From Squalus acanthias (taxonomy: Eukaryota), in the NCBI GenBank assembly GCA_030390025.1, contig CM059433.1, positions 14,262,001 to 14,326,000 of the forward strand: a DNA stretch of 64,000 bases, written 5' to 3'. Each line of letters opens with the position of its first letter. Position 1 is the stretch's first letter. Position numbers and translations under genes: made by a program. Below the pieces are notes generated by a model. It was not told where the DNA came from. It made no database searches and saw only the letters and a program-made list of their open reading frames with translations. This document shows positions 50,981 to 64,000 of this stretch, one piece after another.

Positions 50981-53900
50981 GGACTAGAAATTCATCTATT
51001 TAGCGCCACTCCCTGAAATGGCGATAAAATGGCAGCCGCCACTCTTTCGCCAGCTGGTGGCGGTTCCCACATCATATTCTTCTCCCGCCTTGTGCTGCTG
51101 GTAACTGGCAGTGCCCTGGAAAATAAATGGTGGCGTGGTGACGCCAATTGGCGTGCAACGTCGACTGAACGGGCTGGATTTTACGAACCTCGGCGGGTCC
51201 GTGGCGTGCGATGTCGGTAGCGGGTCTTGACACCGCTGCTGGCTCTATCCCGGCTTCTGAAATGATTTTCCCGAGATTGGGCTTGTTAAGCCCACCCAGC
51301 GCGTTTGCCGGCCAATTAGAAGAATTGGGTCTGATGCTGTCATTTGATGACACGTCATCAGCCGGTTTCCTTAAAGGGACCATGGCCAAATTTATTTTGA
51401 CAGTTGTGCTGTCAGTGTTCTACAGCATTGAGGTGCTGCAAACACTGACAATCACTGCACAGCGGTGCAGGGCTGCACCCAGACTCTCCCATGACTCCCT
51501 CCATATGCTTATGAAGGGAGTCACAGCATGCAGGGAGGTTCTCTTCCCTTCCCATGGGCAGAAGAGACCTCCCGAGGCGATCAACACAGCCTGGTTGCAC
51601 ATTGCACAGGAGGGCACAAGCAGGGATGTGGTCAGGAGGATCTGGGTGCAGTGCCGCAAATGTTTCAATGATCTCAGTAGATCACAAAACGTTAGTACAA
51701 AGCCACACTCAGCCTGATCCTGCTGTGCCTCTCATCACATCCCCATCACTCTGCCTTCCCTACCCTACTCCTGCACATCCTTACTCGCACCAACTTACCT
51801 TGCACCTCCACCCATCCCTCTCTATCTACATTATCACATCCCCATCTCACTAGCCACCCCTCACACTCACCCTTATCCTTGTCCAATCATACCAACCAAC
51901 AACACACAAGGGTAGGCACTTGGGTGTTTTATGCAATGTTCATGTAAAGTTTCTGTTAATGTGGTGTCAAACATTGAAACCTTTTTCAACACTTTGCATT
52001 CTTGGACAGATTTGTGTGCACTTTTGGAAGTGGTTTAGTGAGTTCCAGAGAATGGTGATATGTAATGGTACCCCCCGTAATGGTGATGAGTGTGAAAGGA
52101 ATGTCTTGGGCATTGTAGGGCTGCTTTATGGTGTTGGTGTGGGGTGGTGCCAACCTGGCGCATCATGTGGCAGCCAGGGTGTACCGCGTCAAGTGAAGTA
52201 AATCTGGCCATGGTGAGGCCATCCCTGGCAGCAATGTGGTTGGGTGCTGATGCCCTCTGTCCTGTGCAGCATCAGATGATTGCGGAGAAAGTTGGTGTTG
52301 TTGTTGGTGCTGCTGGTGTGCCTGGTGCTGCTGGTGTTGGGGCTGATCGTGGTGGGATTCTGAGGACCAAGGTGAGAGAGTTTCAAGGGCACCCATGCTG
52401 ATGGAATAGATGGCAGTTGAAGAAGAGATGATGGAAGCGATCTGTCAATGGTGAGAGAGGTAATGAGGTCAGACTGGATGGAGACTTGTGTAAAGACTTG
52501 CAACATTCTGAATCTGTAGTGGAAATGCAGTTTAGAGAAGCTAGTGGTTTAGGAAACATTTCTCAATCAGCTGTGAGCTTTGACTTGTCATTTGAAGCTG
52601 TCAACTCATCAGCTGATTCAATGGCCACTGACTTCCTGCCTCAGCTTCACAGATGAGGTCTAGGCACAGCGGGAAACCGGTGGGCGACCTGTCAAATTCA
52701 AAAAGCTGGGGAAAAAACCATTGTTAAGCGGCTGTAAACCAGCCACTCATGATTTTAATTGCCTCCCCCACCGCTGCGTGTCGGGTCTGCTCAGCGCTGA
52801 CAGACCCGACATTGGGGAAAGGCGTGTGGCGGCGGGTTCACAGCAGAGTCCCGACCCGCTGGGGATAAAAAAACTCGTTCCTACCCGACCCGCCACCAAT
52901 CGCGCCCGCTGACCCCCCACAAAATCCAGCCCAACGTCACCAACGCGAATTTCAAACCTAGCGCTGAATTCAGTGCTGGGTCCTAAGCAGCCAGGTTAAC
53001 CTGGCGTGCAAGCAGGCTGACAGTGGCAATGGCTGCAGCTCTTAAAGGGACACCCGCATCATTTAGGTAAGTTTGAATTTAAGGGTTTGGACTGGGTTTT
53101 TTGATTTTATTGAAGTGATGGCTTGCTGCAATAGATGTTAAAAGTTTTTTAAGTGTGTAGGGAGTGCTGCTGGACGCTTGCAAGGGCTCGGATGGCAAAA
53201 GAAGGCCTTTGAGAAGACAGAACATGCTGAGAATACTCAGCAGGTCATGCAACATCTGTGGAGAGAAAAACTGAGTTCATGTCTCAGGTCGACATGCTGT
53301 CTGACCAACTGAGTATTTCCTGCATTTTATGCTGTCATTTCACATTTACAGCATCCACTTGCAGAGGGAAGAGGAAGATGCAGAAGAGGAGGAAGCCAAA
53401 GAAGAGGAATCAGATGAAGGTTGCATCCCAGACAGCCTCTTTGTGGCCGGGATATCCGGGATGGAATCATCTGCCTGCGGTCCCACTGGCTGGGCTGGCT
53501 GCCTCTTCTTGTTGACCCACTGGCTGGGCAGGCTGCATTTCTTGGGTGTGTGAAATGAGGAAGGCACAACAGTGGAGTTGTGCTGATGGGAGGGCGGGAA
53601 AGCAAGAGGTGTATGCCAGAAGGAGGATAACGTACGAGGATACCCGCAACTTGTATCCTATCAGCCCCGCCGCTGGCCAAGGGTTCAAGAATAGCCTGCA
53701 CCATCTCCTCCAAGGGGGTGAGGTGAGGCTAGGAATGGGAGATGTGCCTCGTCATTGGTGCAGATTTTTGGTAGGTGAGTGATTGGGGGTTGTGCATTGA
53801 GCAGTGTGTGAGGCTAGTGGTGCAGTTGGTAGAAGACGGCTTTTGAAGATGCATTCACTGACCTTGACCACTGGTCTGAGGTCATGAAGCTTCTTTGGGC

Positions 53901-54511
53901 ACTGGAGCCAGGTGGTGGGGCCATACTGCTGGCAGTGACAGCTTTAGTGATGTACTCCCACATCGTTCTTTCTGGAAGGCCTCCTGATCCCTGTGGGTAG
54001 AGGGCCGCTCTTGCAGTGTTGACCCCCTGCACAAAGCTGGAGTGCTGCGTGTGAGACCCTCGGTGTCTTTTCCTGGGCTTGCTGAGCCATTTGTGTTAGT
54101 GCTGAGGCAGTTTTCTCATTTGTTGAGGTTAGGAAGGAATTCAGCTTTAACAGCTGCATATTCCCATTTGGAACTTCTTTTAAATATTGAATATTTCTTA
54201 AAAGGCAGAATGGGCTGAAAAATCTATTGATTCACTGCATTTTATTTTGTATTGCTTCAGTGTGCATGGCCCCTTTAAATCTCAGACCTCTTCATTACCC
54301 ACAATTCCCTGCGAGCTCCACAGCTTCGCTCATAGAGGCTGTGGGAAGCTGCAATGCCGGACCTGGACAGAAACTTCGTCCCAGATCCCTCCAGCAACAC
54401 CACCAGGCCGGCGTTGCACGGAAGGTGCGCACTGCTGTTTTAAATTTTTACAACTTTCGCTTCACCCCTACGCCTCCAACCCACCCGTTCTTTCCTGTGA
54501 AAATTCCGGCC
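50981..54511. mobile_element. Older Harbinger remnant hosting a nested element; Myb/SANT remnant on - at ~53860-54090
   Basis: Starts GGACTAGAAATTC; RTMWEYITKAV then frameshifted TWLQCPKKLHDL; right boundary uncertain. Confidence 0.6.
51171..52932 (+). mobile_element. Non-autonomous Harbinger derivative with Myb/SANT-like exon
   Basis: Perfect TIR GGGCTGGATTTT / AAAATCCAGCCC; TSD AAC; AAPRLSHDSL..AWLHIAQE..RRIWVQCRKCFNDL followed by a gttagt donor. Confidence 0.9.
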
Positions 54512-54924
54512 TAAGTTTTGTTGATTCTCGTAAGTTGTGGGCGACAGTTTAGTGAATCCTGTCATGCCAAAGATTATTTTTTAATCTTTGCCACATGTCA
54601 TTTGGAGGAATTCTGGGTATCAGCACTTGAAGTTCAAAGACCTGCAAGTTGGGTATTCAATAATGTTCAAGGATACATGAAGTCTATTCAAAATAGCACG
54701 TTACTATTCCAAATAATGTGCAAAAGACTTTTTTTGAAAATTAAGTTATGGAACTCACAGCTGCCCAAATACCACTTAAAGCGGCAATGGGATAGCTGAT
54801 TCTTCACCAACATTAGTCAGCTAAAATAAAGTTAAGAAAGATTCTGGGCAGTCCAACCAAGCTCCTGGGAATTTTTTTAAAGCTTGTTTTGCATCAGTTG
54901 TAGTTGTATCCTAGCCGTGCAATG

Positions 54925-55370
54925 CCACCATCCAGGACAAGGCAGCCCGCTTGATTGGCAGCCCATCCACCATCTTAAACATCCACTCCCTCCACCACCG
55001 GCGCACCGTGGCTGCAGTGTGTACTATCCACAGGAGACACTGTAGCAACTCGCCAAGGCTTCTGCAACAGCACCTTCCTCTCAAACCCGCGACCTCCACC
55101 ACTTCGAAGGACAAGGGCAGCAGGTGCATGGGAACACCACCACCTCCAAGTTCCCCTCCAAGTCACACACCATCCTGACTTGCAAGTATATCGCCGTTCC
55201 TTCATCGTCGCTGGGTCAAAATCCTGGAACTCACTATGTAACAGCACTGTGGGAGTACCTTCACCACATGGACTGCAGCGGTTCAAGAGGGTGGCTCACC
55301 AACACCTTCTCAAGGGTAATTAGGGATGGGCAATAAATGCTGGTCTTGCAAGTGACGCCCACATCTGAAA
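54925..55370 (+). mobile_element. Family B LINE 3' fragment
   Basis: LNIHSLHHRRTVAAVC and shared tail. Confidence 0.9.
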
Positions 55371-56079
55371 AATGTATTTTTTTTAAACTTGCGCTGGTAT
55401 GGCACTACTTGCCAGAATTCAATCTGGCTGACTTCACTCCCAAATTCTGCTGTCCTGTTTGTGACAGTATAAGGCTGAAACCACTGCATCTCAATGCAGA
55501 CTGTATACTACAACTAAGCTGTAAAAAAAAAAAACAGCTTTTTAAAATTCATCTCAGTACACTCTCCATTTAATAGTTCGAAAACAACATGAATTTGATG
55601 GCATTATTGGAATTTGAGTATGCTGAAAAACATTTTATCATTTAATGAGCTAAGGCTCCTTGCACTTTTTGCTTTTCAAGTCATTTGCATCATTTCCCCT
55701 CTGGGTTGTATAAAACCAGCTGTTCTTCATCCTTTAAGAATGAAAGGAGACAAATCATTCACAACAAAAAAGTGAGATCTATTGCAAACTTCCATCTTAC
55801 TTCTAATTGCAGCTTCAAAGTGTACATTTTATGGATATATGTATTTCATCCTATAAAAAGTGGCCAAGTATTCCACAAGGAATTTTTTTGCATGAAAGAA
55901 CTGTTGAATAATCTTTTAATCTGCAGCACTTGAAGAATAAATGTCTTTTTAAATTAATGAGGAATCGAAGCAAATGTCTAAATCTGCTGTATCGTTCTGC
56001 AAGGCACGTCCATGATCTCAGGCAGGGGAGCGCCATAGGCATCTTGATAGCTCTCAGTGCCCCTTGGTCAGGGAGGGTT

Positions 56080-56508
56080 AAAGAAAGAAAGAAAGAGTTG
56101 CATTTATATAGCGCCTTTCACGACCACCGGATGTCTCAAAGCGCTTTACAGCCAATTAAGTATTTTTGAAGTGTAGTCACTGTTGTAATGTGGGAAACGC
56201 GGCAGCCAATTTGCGCACAGCAAGCTCCCACAAACAGCAATGTGATAATGACCAGATCATCTGTTTTTTTGTTTTATGTTGGTTGAGGTATAAATATTGG
56301 CCAGGACACCAGGGATAACTCCCCTGCTCTTCTTCGAAATAGTGGCCGTGGGATCGTTTACATCCACCTGAGAGAGCAGACGGGGCCTCGGTTTAACGTC
56401 TCATCTGAAAGACGGCACCTCCGACAGTGCAGTGCTCTCTCAGCACTGCATTGGAGGGTCAGCCGAGCTTTATGTGCTCAAGTCCCTGGAGTGGGACTTG
56501 AACCCACA
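56080..56508 (-). mobile_element. Deu-domain SINE
   Basis: Reverse complement of 25885-26300. Confidence 0.9.
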
Positions 56509-57134
56509 AAGTCCCACTCTGCATCACTGACTCACGCTGTGAATTGCATGGCCCAGATATTCAGTGGTGCCGTGACCATTTTATGGTGCAAAAAACGGGC
56601 GCTTAAGTATCCAATTTCCATCCTGCGCTAACCAATTGCGAGCATCGGACTTGGCTGTGATGCTGATCTCCACTCCCGGGAGGAATAGCCTGCCAACCTT
56701 TACTGTCTGGCTAGCACACATGAAGAATGGGCAGTTGGGCGAGGTATTGGTGGAACCGTACCATAGTTTGAAACGGTGTCGTCGGGTGATGACAGGAGAA
56801 GATTGACAATCCCCGTACACTTATGAGTTATTACAGTTGTGACCCATTCTAATCAGTTGTGTTGATGAACATCCCCTCTCTCAAATAATAAATGTAATAT
56901 TTGCATTTTGGCAAAACATTTTAGAAAATGCCTTCTGAAGATTATAGAATTTTACTGTAAACAGTGGTGCCATTCTGCCCATCGCACCTGTCCCAACTTT
57001 CTGAAAGAACTATCCACTTTAATCCCATTCTGCTGCCCATTCCTTAGAATCATAAAAGCATTTAATTTTGCAACACAGATGAATGGCATTCTGCCCACCA
57101 CACGTGTGCCAACCCTCTGAAAGAGCTATCTACT

Positions 57135-57765
57135 TGGGATTATTTCTAGAGGTATAGAATTGAAAAGTAGGGAAGTTATGCTAAACCGATATCGAACCTT
57201 GGTTAGTCCACACTTGGAGCACTGCGTACAGTTCTGGTCGCCATATTATAAAAAGGATATAGAGGCACTGGAGAGGGTGGAGAGAAGATTTACAATGATG
57301 ATACCAGAAATCCAAGGGTATACATATCAGGAAAGGATGAACAGGCTGGGTCTCTTTTCTCTTGAAAAAAGAAGACTGAGGGGTGACCTAATAGAGGTTT
57401 TTAAAATTATGAAAAATGTTGATAGAGTGGATACAGAGAGAATGTTTCCACTTGTGGGGAAGAGCAAAACTAGAGGCCATCAATATAAGATAGTCACCAA
57501 GAAATCCAATAGGGAATTCAGAAGAAACTTCTTTACCCCAAGAGTGGTGAGAATGTGGAACTCGCTACAACAGGGAGTGGTTGAAGCGAATAGTATAGAT
57601 GCATTTAAGGGGAGGCTAGACAAGCATATGAGGGAGAAGGGAATAGAGGGTTATGCTGATAGATTTAGATGAGGAAAGACAGGAGGCGGCTCGAGTGGAG
57701 CATAAACGCCGGCATGGACTGGTTGGGCCGAATGGCCTGTTTCTGTGCCGTATATCCTATGTAAT
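57135..57765 (+). mobile_element. CR1 3' fragment (distinct subfamily)
   Basis: ORF 57160-57672 PHLEHCVQFWSP, RLRGDLIEVFK, TRGH, WNSL. Confidence 0.93.
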
Positions 57766-57769
57766 TACG

Positions 57770-59990
57770 TCATACTTTCCCTGTCATCTAAATTGTTTTT
57801 TCAAATATTTATCTCAATAATTATCTCAAAAGCTATTGTGGATTCCACTTCCACCAATGTCTCTGTTGGGGCATTCCATGTTTTAACAACCCGCTGTGTT
57901 AATTCTCACAATTATCTCCCATCATTCTTTTCGTGGTGATTTTAAATTTATGCCCTCTGGAAACCAGTCAGTGGAATTTTCTTTTCCATTTTTATCTTTT
58001 CAAAGGCTCCAAAACTTTGAACGTCTCTATCAGATCCCCTCTTAATCTTCTCTTCTCTGATGAAAAGATTCCCAGTTTCTCTAATCTTTCCTCATACCTA
58101 AAAGCCTTTGATCCTAGTCAATCTCCTCTGTATGCCATCCATGACCTTACGGTACCCAGAACTGGACACAATTATAACTGTGGCCTAACCACTGATTCTA
58201 TAGGTTTAGCAGTACCTCTTTGCTTTTGCACTCTATCCTCCTGTTTATAATACCTAAGATCCCATGTTCTTTTTTTTAACGGCTTTATCAAGTTCACCTC
58301 CCACTTTTAATAATTTGTGTATATAAACCCCATGGGAAGGGGGGAATTTTAACCCCAAAAACGGGAGGGTTTGGGTCAGGCGGGATGTTAAAATGTTAAA
58401 AATCTTAAACATCAAAAATAACCAGCTTTGAACCCGCCCACTTCCGGTTTGAACAGAGGCGGGACAGGGGCGGGCAACCAACCCGCTCCCAGGAGGCAGG
58501 TTGCTCATTTTAAATATTTTAATGAGGCTGAGTGCCTCAGATTTTACCTCCATTTTAAATTTAACCCTGGCCAGCTGGGTTTCCCAGACCTCGGGAAACT
58601 CGGCAGCTGAAGGGAGGCGATTACAGCTGAATCCAACAGATAAGTGCCTTTCCAGCACTGCTTGTGGGCCAGGAGGAGCAGGAGTGCATCCCCTGGCCCA
58701 GGGCGCTCTTGCTTGCTCCCCCCACCCCGTGATCGGCCGTTTCCCTCCCCTCCCCACGATCAGACCCCTCGCTCCGTGATCTGATCACCCCGCTAAGCCA
58801 CGATGTCCTCCAGAGCCACGACATCCTCCAGAGCCACGACATCCCACCAACCCAGTCTTTCCAATTCGTCCCTCCCTCCTCTGCACTCCCCAGCACTCCC
58901 CAGCTGCGGCCTCCAATCTCTCCCCAACCCTTCTAATTTCTCCCCCGTCCTTCCGGGCTTCCCAAACATAAAACTGCCTGCACTCGCTCCCTCCCCGCCT
59001 CCCCGTAACTATCAGGGCCCGTGTCTCTCTGCTCTTCTATTCATTTTAAAGTTTTACCATTTAGTGTATATTTACTTTTCTAATCCTTCCTCCCAAAAGG
59101 TATCACTTCATATTTCTCTGCATTAATCTAAACATCTATAAACCCAGTTTATTGATCTATGTCCTCCTGAAGTTGTTTACAGTCCTTTCCACAGTTACAT
59201 TTTATTTCATCTGAAATGTTTAATATTATGTCCAATGTTCCCCCTAAAGTGCAAGGCCGCGCATCAATCATGAGGTCCCGCGCAGACCGCTCACCAGCTC
59301 CCGCTGCTGGAAGAGATACCGCACATTTAAAGGGACCGAGCACATAAAATAAAATGAGAGGGAACATTGATTGTGTCCCCTATTTCCGAGTACAGATCAT
59401 TTGTAAGCATCGAGAAGAGTGATGGTCCGAACATTGACCTCTTGGGGACATCAGTGTTTCCATCTCTACAGTCCAAAAAGAAACAACTATGAACCACTGC
59501 ACTTTGTTTCCTGCTGTTTCGTGAACTTCCTGTCTGTGGTGCCAAATTTCTGGGATATTTAACCCTACTCGCTCAGCAGAAACCTGGCGGGTGGGCAGTT
59601 AAAATCGCTCTGGCTCTTACCTGTCCGAAAGCCGCCATGATTGCAACATCTGCAATTTTAACTTGCTCTCCTGAGCAGGCAGCAAGGACACGCGCCCGGA
59701 GACAACAGGGACCTTGCTTTACATAGGCATGCTGCGGCCCGATGACATCATTGAGACCCGACTGTAATTTTAACTCAGACCTGAGCAGGGAATCCACCTG
59801 GAGTTAAATTCAGGGCCAAATGTGCTTTACTTTTTATTAACAAGACTACTATGCAGCACCTTGTCAAAAGCCTTTTTGAAAATCGATATACACAACATCA
59901 ACTACACTTAGGTATTAACACACTCTGTTATTTCCTCAAATTTGACAGACATGATTTTGCTTTTACAAATCCATGCTGGCTGTCCTTAAA
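57770..59990 (-). mobile_element. Old CR1 broken by MITEs (about 58340-59020 and 59550-59817) and a hAT element
   Basis: Degenerate CR1 motifs (KRSMFGPSLFSMLTNDL; DFQKAFDKV near 59860-59890). Confidence 0.6.
59233..59369. mobile_element. 137-bp hAT-type MITE
   Basis: TIR CAATGTTCCC / GGGAACATTG; 8-bp TSD ATTATGTC/ATTGTGTC. Confidence 0.8.
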
Positions 59991-60067
59991 GTTAGAAAGA
60001 TTGTGGTCAGATCCTCTGCTATTACCTTTCTGACTTCCCTTAGCATTCTAAGAGACAGACCATGAGT

Positions 60068-61241
60068 CCTTCGATAAGGTCCCACACAAGAGGTTGGTGA
60101 ACAAAATTAGGGCACATGGAATTGGGGGTAATATGCTAGCATGGATTGAGAATTGGTTAACAGACAGAAAACAAAGAGTAGGGATAAACGGGTCTTTTTC
60201 AGGATGGCAGGCTGTGACTAGTGGGGTACCGCAAGGAACGATGCTTGGGCCCCAGCTGTTCACAATCTATATCAACGATTTGGATGAGGGGACTAAATGT
60301 AACATTTCCAAATTTGCTGAGGATACAAAGCTAGGTGGCAGTGTCAGTTGTGAAGAGGATGTGAAAAGGCTTCAAGGGGATCTCGACAGGCTGAGTGAGT
60401 GGGCGAGAACATGGCAGATGGAATATAATGTGGATAAATGTGAAGTTATCCACTTTGGTAGAAAAAACAGAAAGGCAGAGTATTTCCTAAATGGTGAAAG
60501 ATTAGGATATGCAGATGCTCAAAGGGTCCTGGGTGTCCTTGTACATGAGTCACTGAAAGTGAATGTGCAGGTGCAGCAAGCCATTAGGAAGGCAAATGGT
60601 ATGCTGGCCTTCATTACAAGAGGATTTGAGTACAGGAGTAAAGAAGTCTTACTCCAATTATATAGGGCCTTGGTGAGACCACACCTAGAGTACTGTGTAC
60701 AATTTTGGTCTCCTTACCTAAGGAAGGATATACTTGCCATAGAGGGAGTGCAACAAAGGTTCACGGGTTTGATTCCTGGGATGGCGGGACTGTCGTATGA
60801 GAAGAGATTGAGTAAGCGAGGCCTGTATTCTCTTGAATTCAGATGAATGAGAGGGGATCTCATTGAAGCATACAAAATTATTACAGGGCTTGATAGGGTG
60901 GATGCTGGGAGAACGTTTCCCTTGGCTGGGGAGTCTAGAACCAGGGGCCACAGCCTCAGGATAAAGGGTAGGCCATTTAGGACTGAGATGAGAAGACATT
61001 TCTTCACACAGAGGGTGGTGAATCTTTGGAATTCTCTACCCAGAGGGCTGTGGAGGCTCAGTCATTGGGTATATTTAAAACAGAAGTCGATAGATTTCTG
61101 ACTAGTAAGGGCATCAAGGGATATGGTGATAGGGCCGGTGAATGGAGTTGAGACAGAAGATCAGCCATGATCTCATTGAATGGCGAGCAGGCTCGAAGGG
61201 CCGAATGGCCGACTCCTGCTCCTTTTCTTATGTTCTTATGT
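60068..61241 (+). mobile_element. Young 5'-truncated CR1 LINE (RT + tail), inactive
   Basis: ORF 60094-60846 SGVPQG, YINDL, KFAEDTKL (FADD altered); in-frame stop at 60844; CR1 tail. Confidence 0.95.
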
Positions 61242-61352
61242 TACCCAATGCCTTTTCCATTTTGAGTTCCAGAAAAGTTTTCAGCACTTTTTTCTTAACA
61301 ATAGTTATCCCATCCAATTGCTCTTAATGTTGTAATTTGAGCGTGCTGCAAT

Positions 61353-61700
61353 GGCCCTGAATTTCTGATCGGAGGCTTCCTGTGGGCGGATGCCTCCAAT
61401 CAGAAAAAATTCTACGAACCTACCTTTTGGTTCCATAGATACCGAGGGGAAAAATTGAGTAGTGCCCCCTTTGGGGCGCTAACTTCGCTGGGGCGCTACT
61501 TTTAGCACCCCACGGCTGAAATTCATCGGTAGCACCCCACCTCCCTCTTGGGGCGCTGCGAGGGAATGCGCCGCAGCACTGCAGGCCTTCCTCCCCTTCT
61601 CCGTACGCACAGAACTGTCAAAAGTATGAATGGGGATGACTGCAAAAATGCACCAACACGCTGAAATAAATCAAGCTTAAATTGGCACTAAGACCGCCCA
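61353..61700. mobile_element. Composite MITE remnant (17288 family with a nested truncated 27654-family copy)
   Basis: ATCGGAGGCTTCC and CTGTCAAAAGTATGAATGGGGAT match the 17288 element; 61446-61600 matches the 36661 start. Confidence 0.65.
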
Positions 61701-61770
61701 AAATGTTATTAAAACATGGACTGCTATTTTTCACCTGGTTTTAAATAAAATCTAAAATGACTACCATACA

Positions 61771-62090
61771 GGTATGGTAGTGTTGTGGTTATGTTACTTG
61801 ACTTATGTTAATGGACTTAACAAATCCAAAAGCCTAGACTAATAATCCAGAGAATGTGAGGTGAAATCCCACCATGTCAGTTTTAGAATTAAATAATCTG
61901 GAAATAAAAAATAGCAGGTAGCAATAAAAAAAAAAGTAATCGTGAAGCTATAGGCTTGTTGTGAAAATTCAATTGGTTCACTAATGTCCTTTATGGATAG
62001 AAACCTGCCATCCTCACCCAGTCTGGCCCATCTATGACTCCAGTCTCACACCAACGTGGTTGACTCTAACTGCAACCACTCAGTTCTATC
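61771..62090 (+). mobile_element. tRNA-derived SINE-like head of the family seen at 11980-12317
   Basis: GGTTCACTAATGTCCTTTA..AAACCTGCC..CAGTCTGGCC..ATGACTCCAG core. Confidence 0.75.
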
Positions 62091-63112
62091 AGGCCGCCAG
62101 CTCCCTACCTATCGGCACTGTGGGAACATTCTTCAAACAAGGTACCTCCCTTTCCTACATTACAACAGTGACTACACTTCAAAAAGTGCTTCCTTGGCTG
62201 TAAAGCGCTTTGGGATGTCCAGAGTTCGTGATTGGTGCTCCATGAATGCAAGACTTTCTCTCTCGAGCAGGACAGAACTTCTGTCTGCACCTTGTCTGCA
62301 TTCCTGACATTTGCCTATTTCTCAAGGTCGGGGCATTTAAAGAAAAACAGAGAGAACATGCATTTATACAGCACATTCAGGCCCTCAGTGCTTATATAGC
62401 CAATAAAGTAATTTAGAAGTGTAGTCGCTGTGGTAATGTAGAGCAACACAGCAACCAATTTACACACAGCGAGGTTCCACATACAGCAATGAGATAGATG
62501 GCCAAATAATCTGTTTCAGCGATGTTGGTTGAAGGATAAATTCTAGCCATGGCACCGTTATTAGTAACACTTCAGCAAAGCTGTGAGTACAAAACTGAAA
62601 ACAGTTCCAGAGAGGACATAAATAATCTGTCGACTCCAGGCTTTTGCTAACCCTGTCCAGCATGTCTTTAATTTGCAGTAAATACACGTGAAGAAATCGT
62701 TAAAAGTGCATTGCTCTCATATTTGAAGACATTAGCTTGTTTCCTCAGCCTGACTCATAGTAATCTCATCCAGGTAATTATTTTAAAAATTGAACCGTTA
62801 TTAAATGTAATGGTTCATTTCCACTGAGGCTCTGTTAGTCACAAGTCTCTGTGAGGACAGCTACACTAATGGTTTGATAAGGAAACACTACAGTTTGTAT
62901 AAAGTAAACACTGTACCAGAGTAAGGTCCTTATTCACTAACTTTCATTTGACTTTAGCACACATAAAGGTAATTATTATTCGGCAATCAGTTATGTATCA
63001 TTCTCTCTCCAATATCTATGCATTATTAAAAATGGTATGTCCTTTCATCTCCTCATCCAAAAGTCCTATGTCCACATCTCTTTTTGCTGTTTTCATGTTT
63101 AATGTGTGGTTT

Positions 63113-64000
63113 ATAGATTGGGCTAACCAAATTAGTAACAATACTGTGGAGGACGAATTCCTAGAGTGTATACGGGATGGTTTCCTGGACCAATATGTCG
63201 AGGAACCAACTAGAGATCAGGGCCATCTTAGACTGGGTATTATATAATGAGAAAGGATTAATTAGCAATCTTGTTGTGCGAGGCCCCTTGGGGAGGAGCG
63301 ATCATAATATGATAGAATTCTTCATTAAGATGGAGAGTGAAGTAGTTGACTCAGAGACTAGGGTCCTGAATTTAAATAAAGGAAACTACGATGGTATGAG
63401 GCGCGAGTTGGCTAGGATGGATTGGGGAATGTTACTTAAAGGGTTGATGGTGGATAGGCAATGGCAAACATTTAAAGATCGCATGGATGAACTACAGAAT
63501 TTGTTCATCCCTGTTTGGCATAAAAATAAAACAAAAATGGTGACTCAACCATGGCTAACAAGGGAAATTAGGGATAGCATAAGATCCAAGGAGAGGACAT
63601 ATAAATTGGCCAGAAAAAGCAGCAAACCTGAGGATTGGGAGCAGTTTAGGATTCAGCAAAGGAGGACAAATGGATTAATTAAGAGGGGGAAAATAGAGTA
63701 TGAGAGTAAGCTTGCAGGGAACATAAAAACTGACTGTAAAAGCTTCTATACATATGTGAAGAGAAAAAGATTGGTGAAGTCAAGCGTAGGTCCCTTGCAG
63801 TCAGAATCAGGGGAATTTATAATGGGGAACAAAGAACTGGCCGACTAATTAAATACATACTTTGGTTCTGTCTTCACAAAGGAGGACACAAATAACCTCC
63901 CAGAGATGTCGGGGAACATAGGGTCTAATGAGAGGGAAGAACTGAATGAAATCAGTATTTGTAGGGAAATGGTGTTAGGGAAATTGACGGGATTGAAGGC
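63113..64000 (+). mobile_element. CR1 ORF2 fragment (end of APE domain and linker), runs off the window
   Basis: FLECIRDGFLDQYVEEPTR, AILDWVL, LGRSDHNMIEF; frameshift near 63220, stop at 63846. Confidence 0.92.

Noticed and set aside
1..64000. CRISPR array or prokaryotic operon
   Set aside because: No spaced direct-repeat array or gene-dense region; the sequence is vertebrate and repeat-rich

Overview
Eukaryotic, repeat-dominated vertebrate genomic DNA, most likely a cartilaginous fish (shark/ray), judged from the repeat content: Deu-domain SINEs, V-SINE, CR1 LINEs, Penelope-like elements and PIF/Harbinger elements. Most of the window is nested transposon debris. It includes CR1 and L2 LINE fragments, a second CR1/L2-group LINE family, Penelope-like elements whose termini carry minimal hammerhead-ribozyme motifs, and a decayed Harbinger transposon containing a solo LTR. 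It also holds two inverted Myb/SANT-bearing Harbinger derivatives, more than a dozen Harbinger-type MITEs, and a 450-N assembly gap. No intact TE ORF is present. A few unique-sequence segments look like coding exons of a minus-strand host gene (best: 48198-48308 and 43627-43854), which I cannot identify. The most notable observations are the Penelope hammerhead motifs, a LINE whose 5' end is a tRNA-Thr-like SINE head, inverted Harbinger copies bracketing in-frame candidate exons, and a templated inverted+direct insertion inside the Harbinger element. Boundaries of old repeats are approximate.
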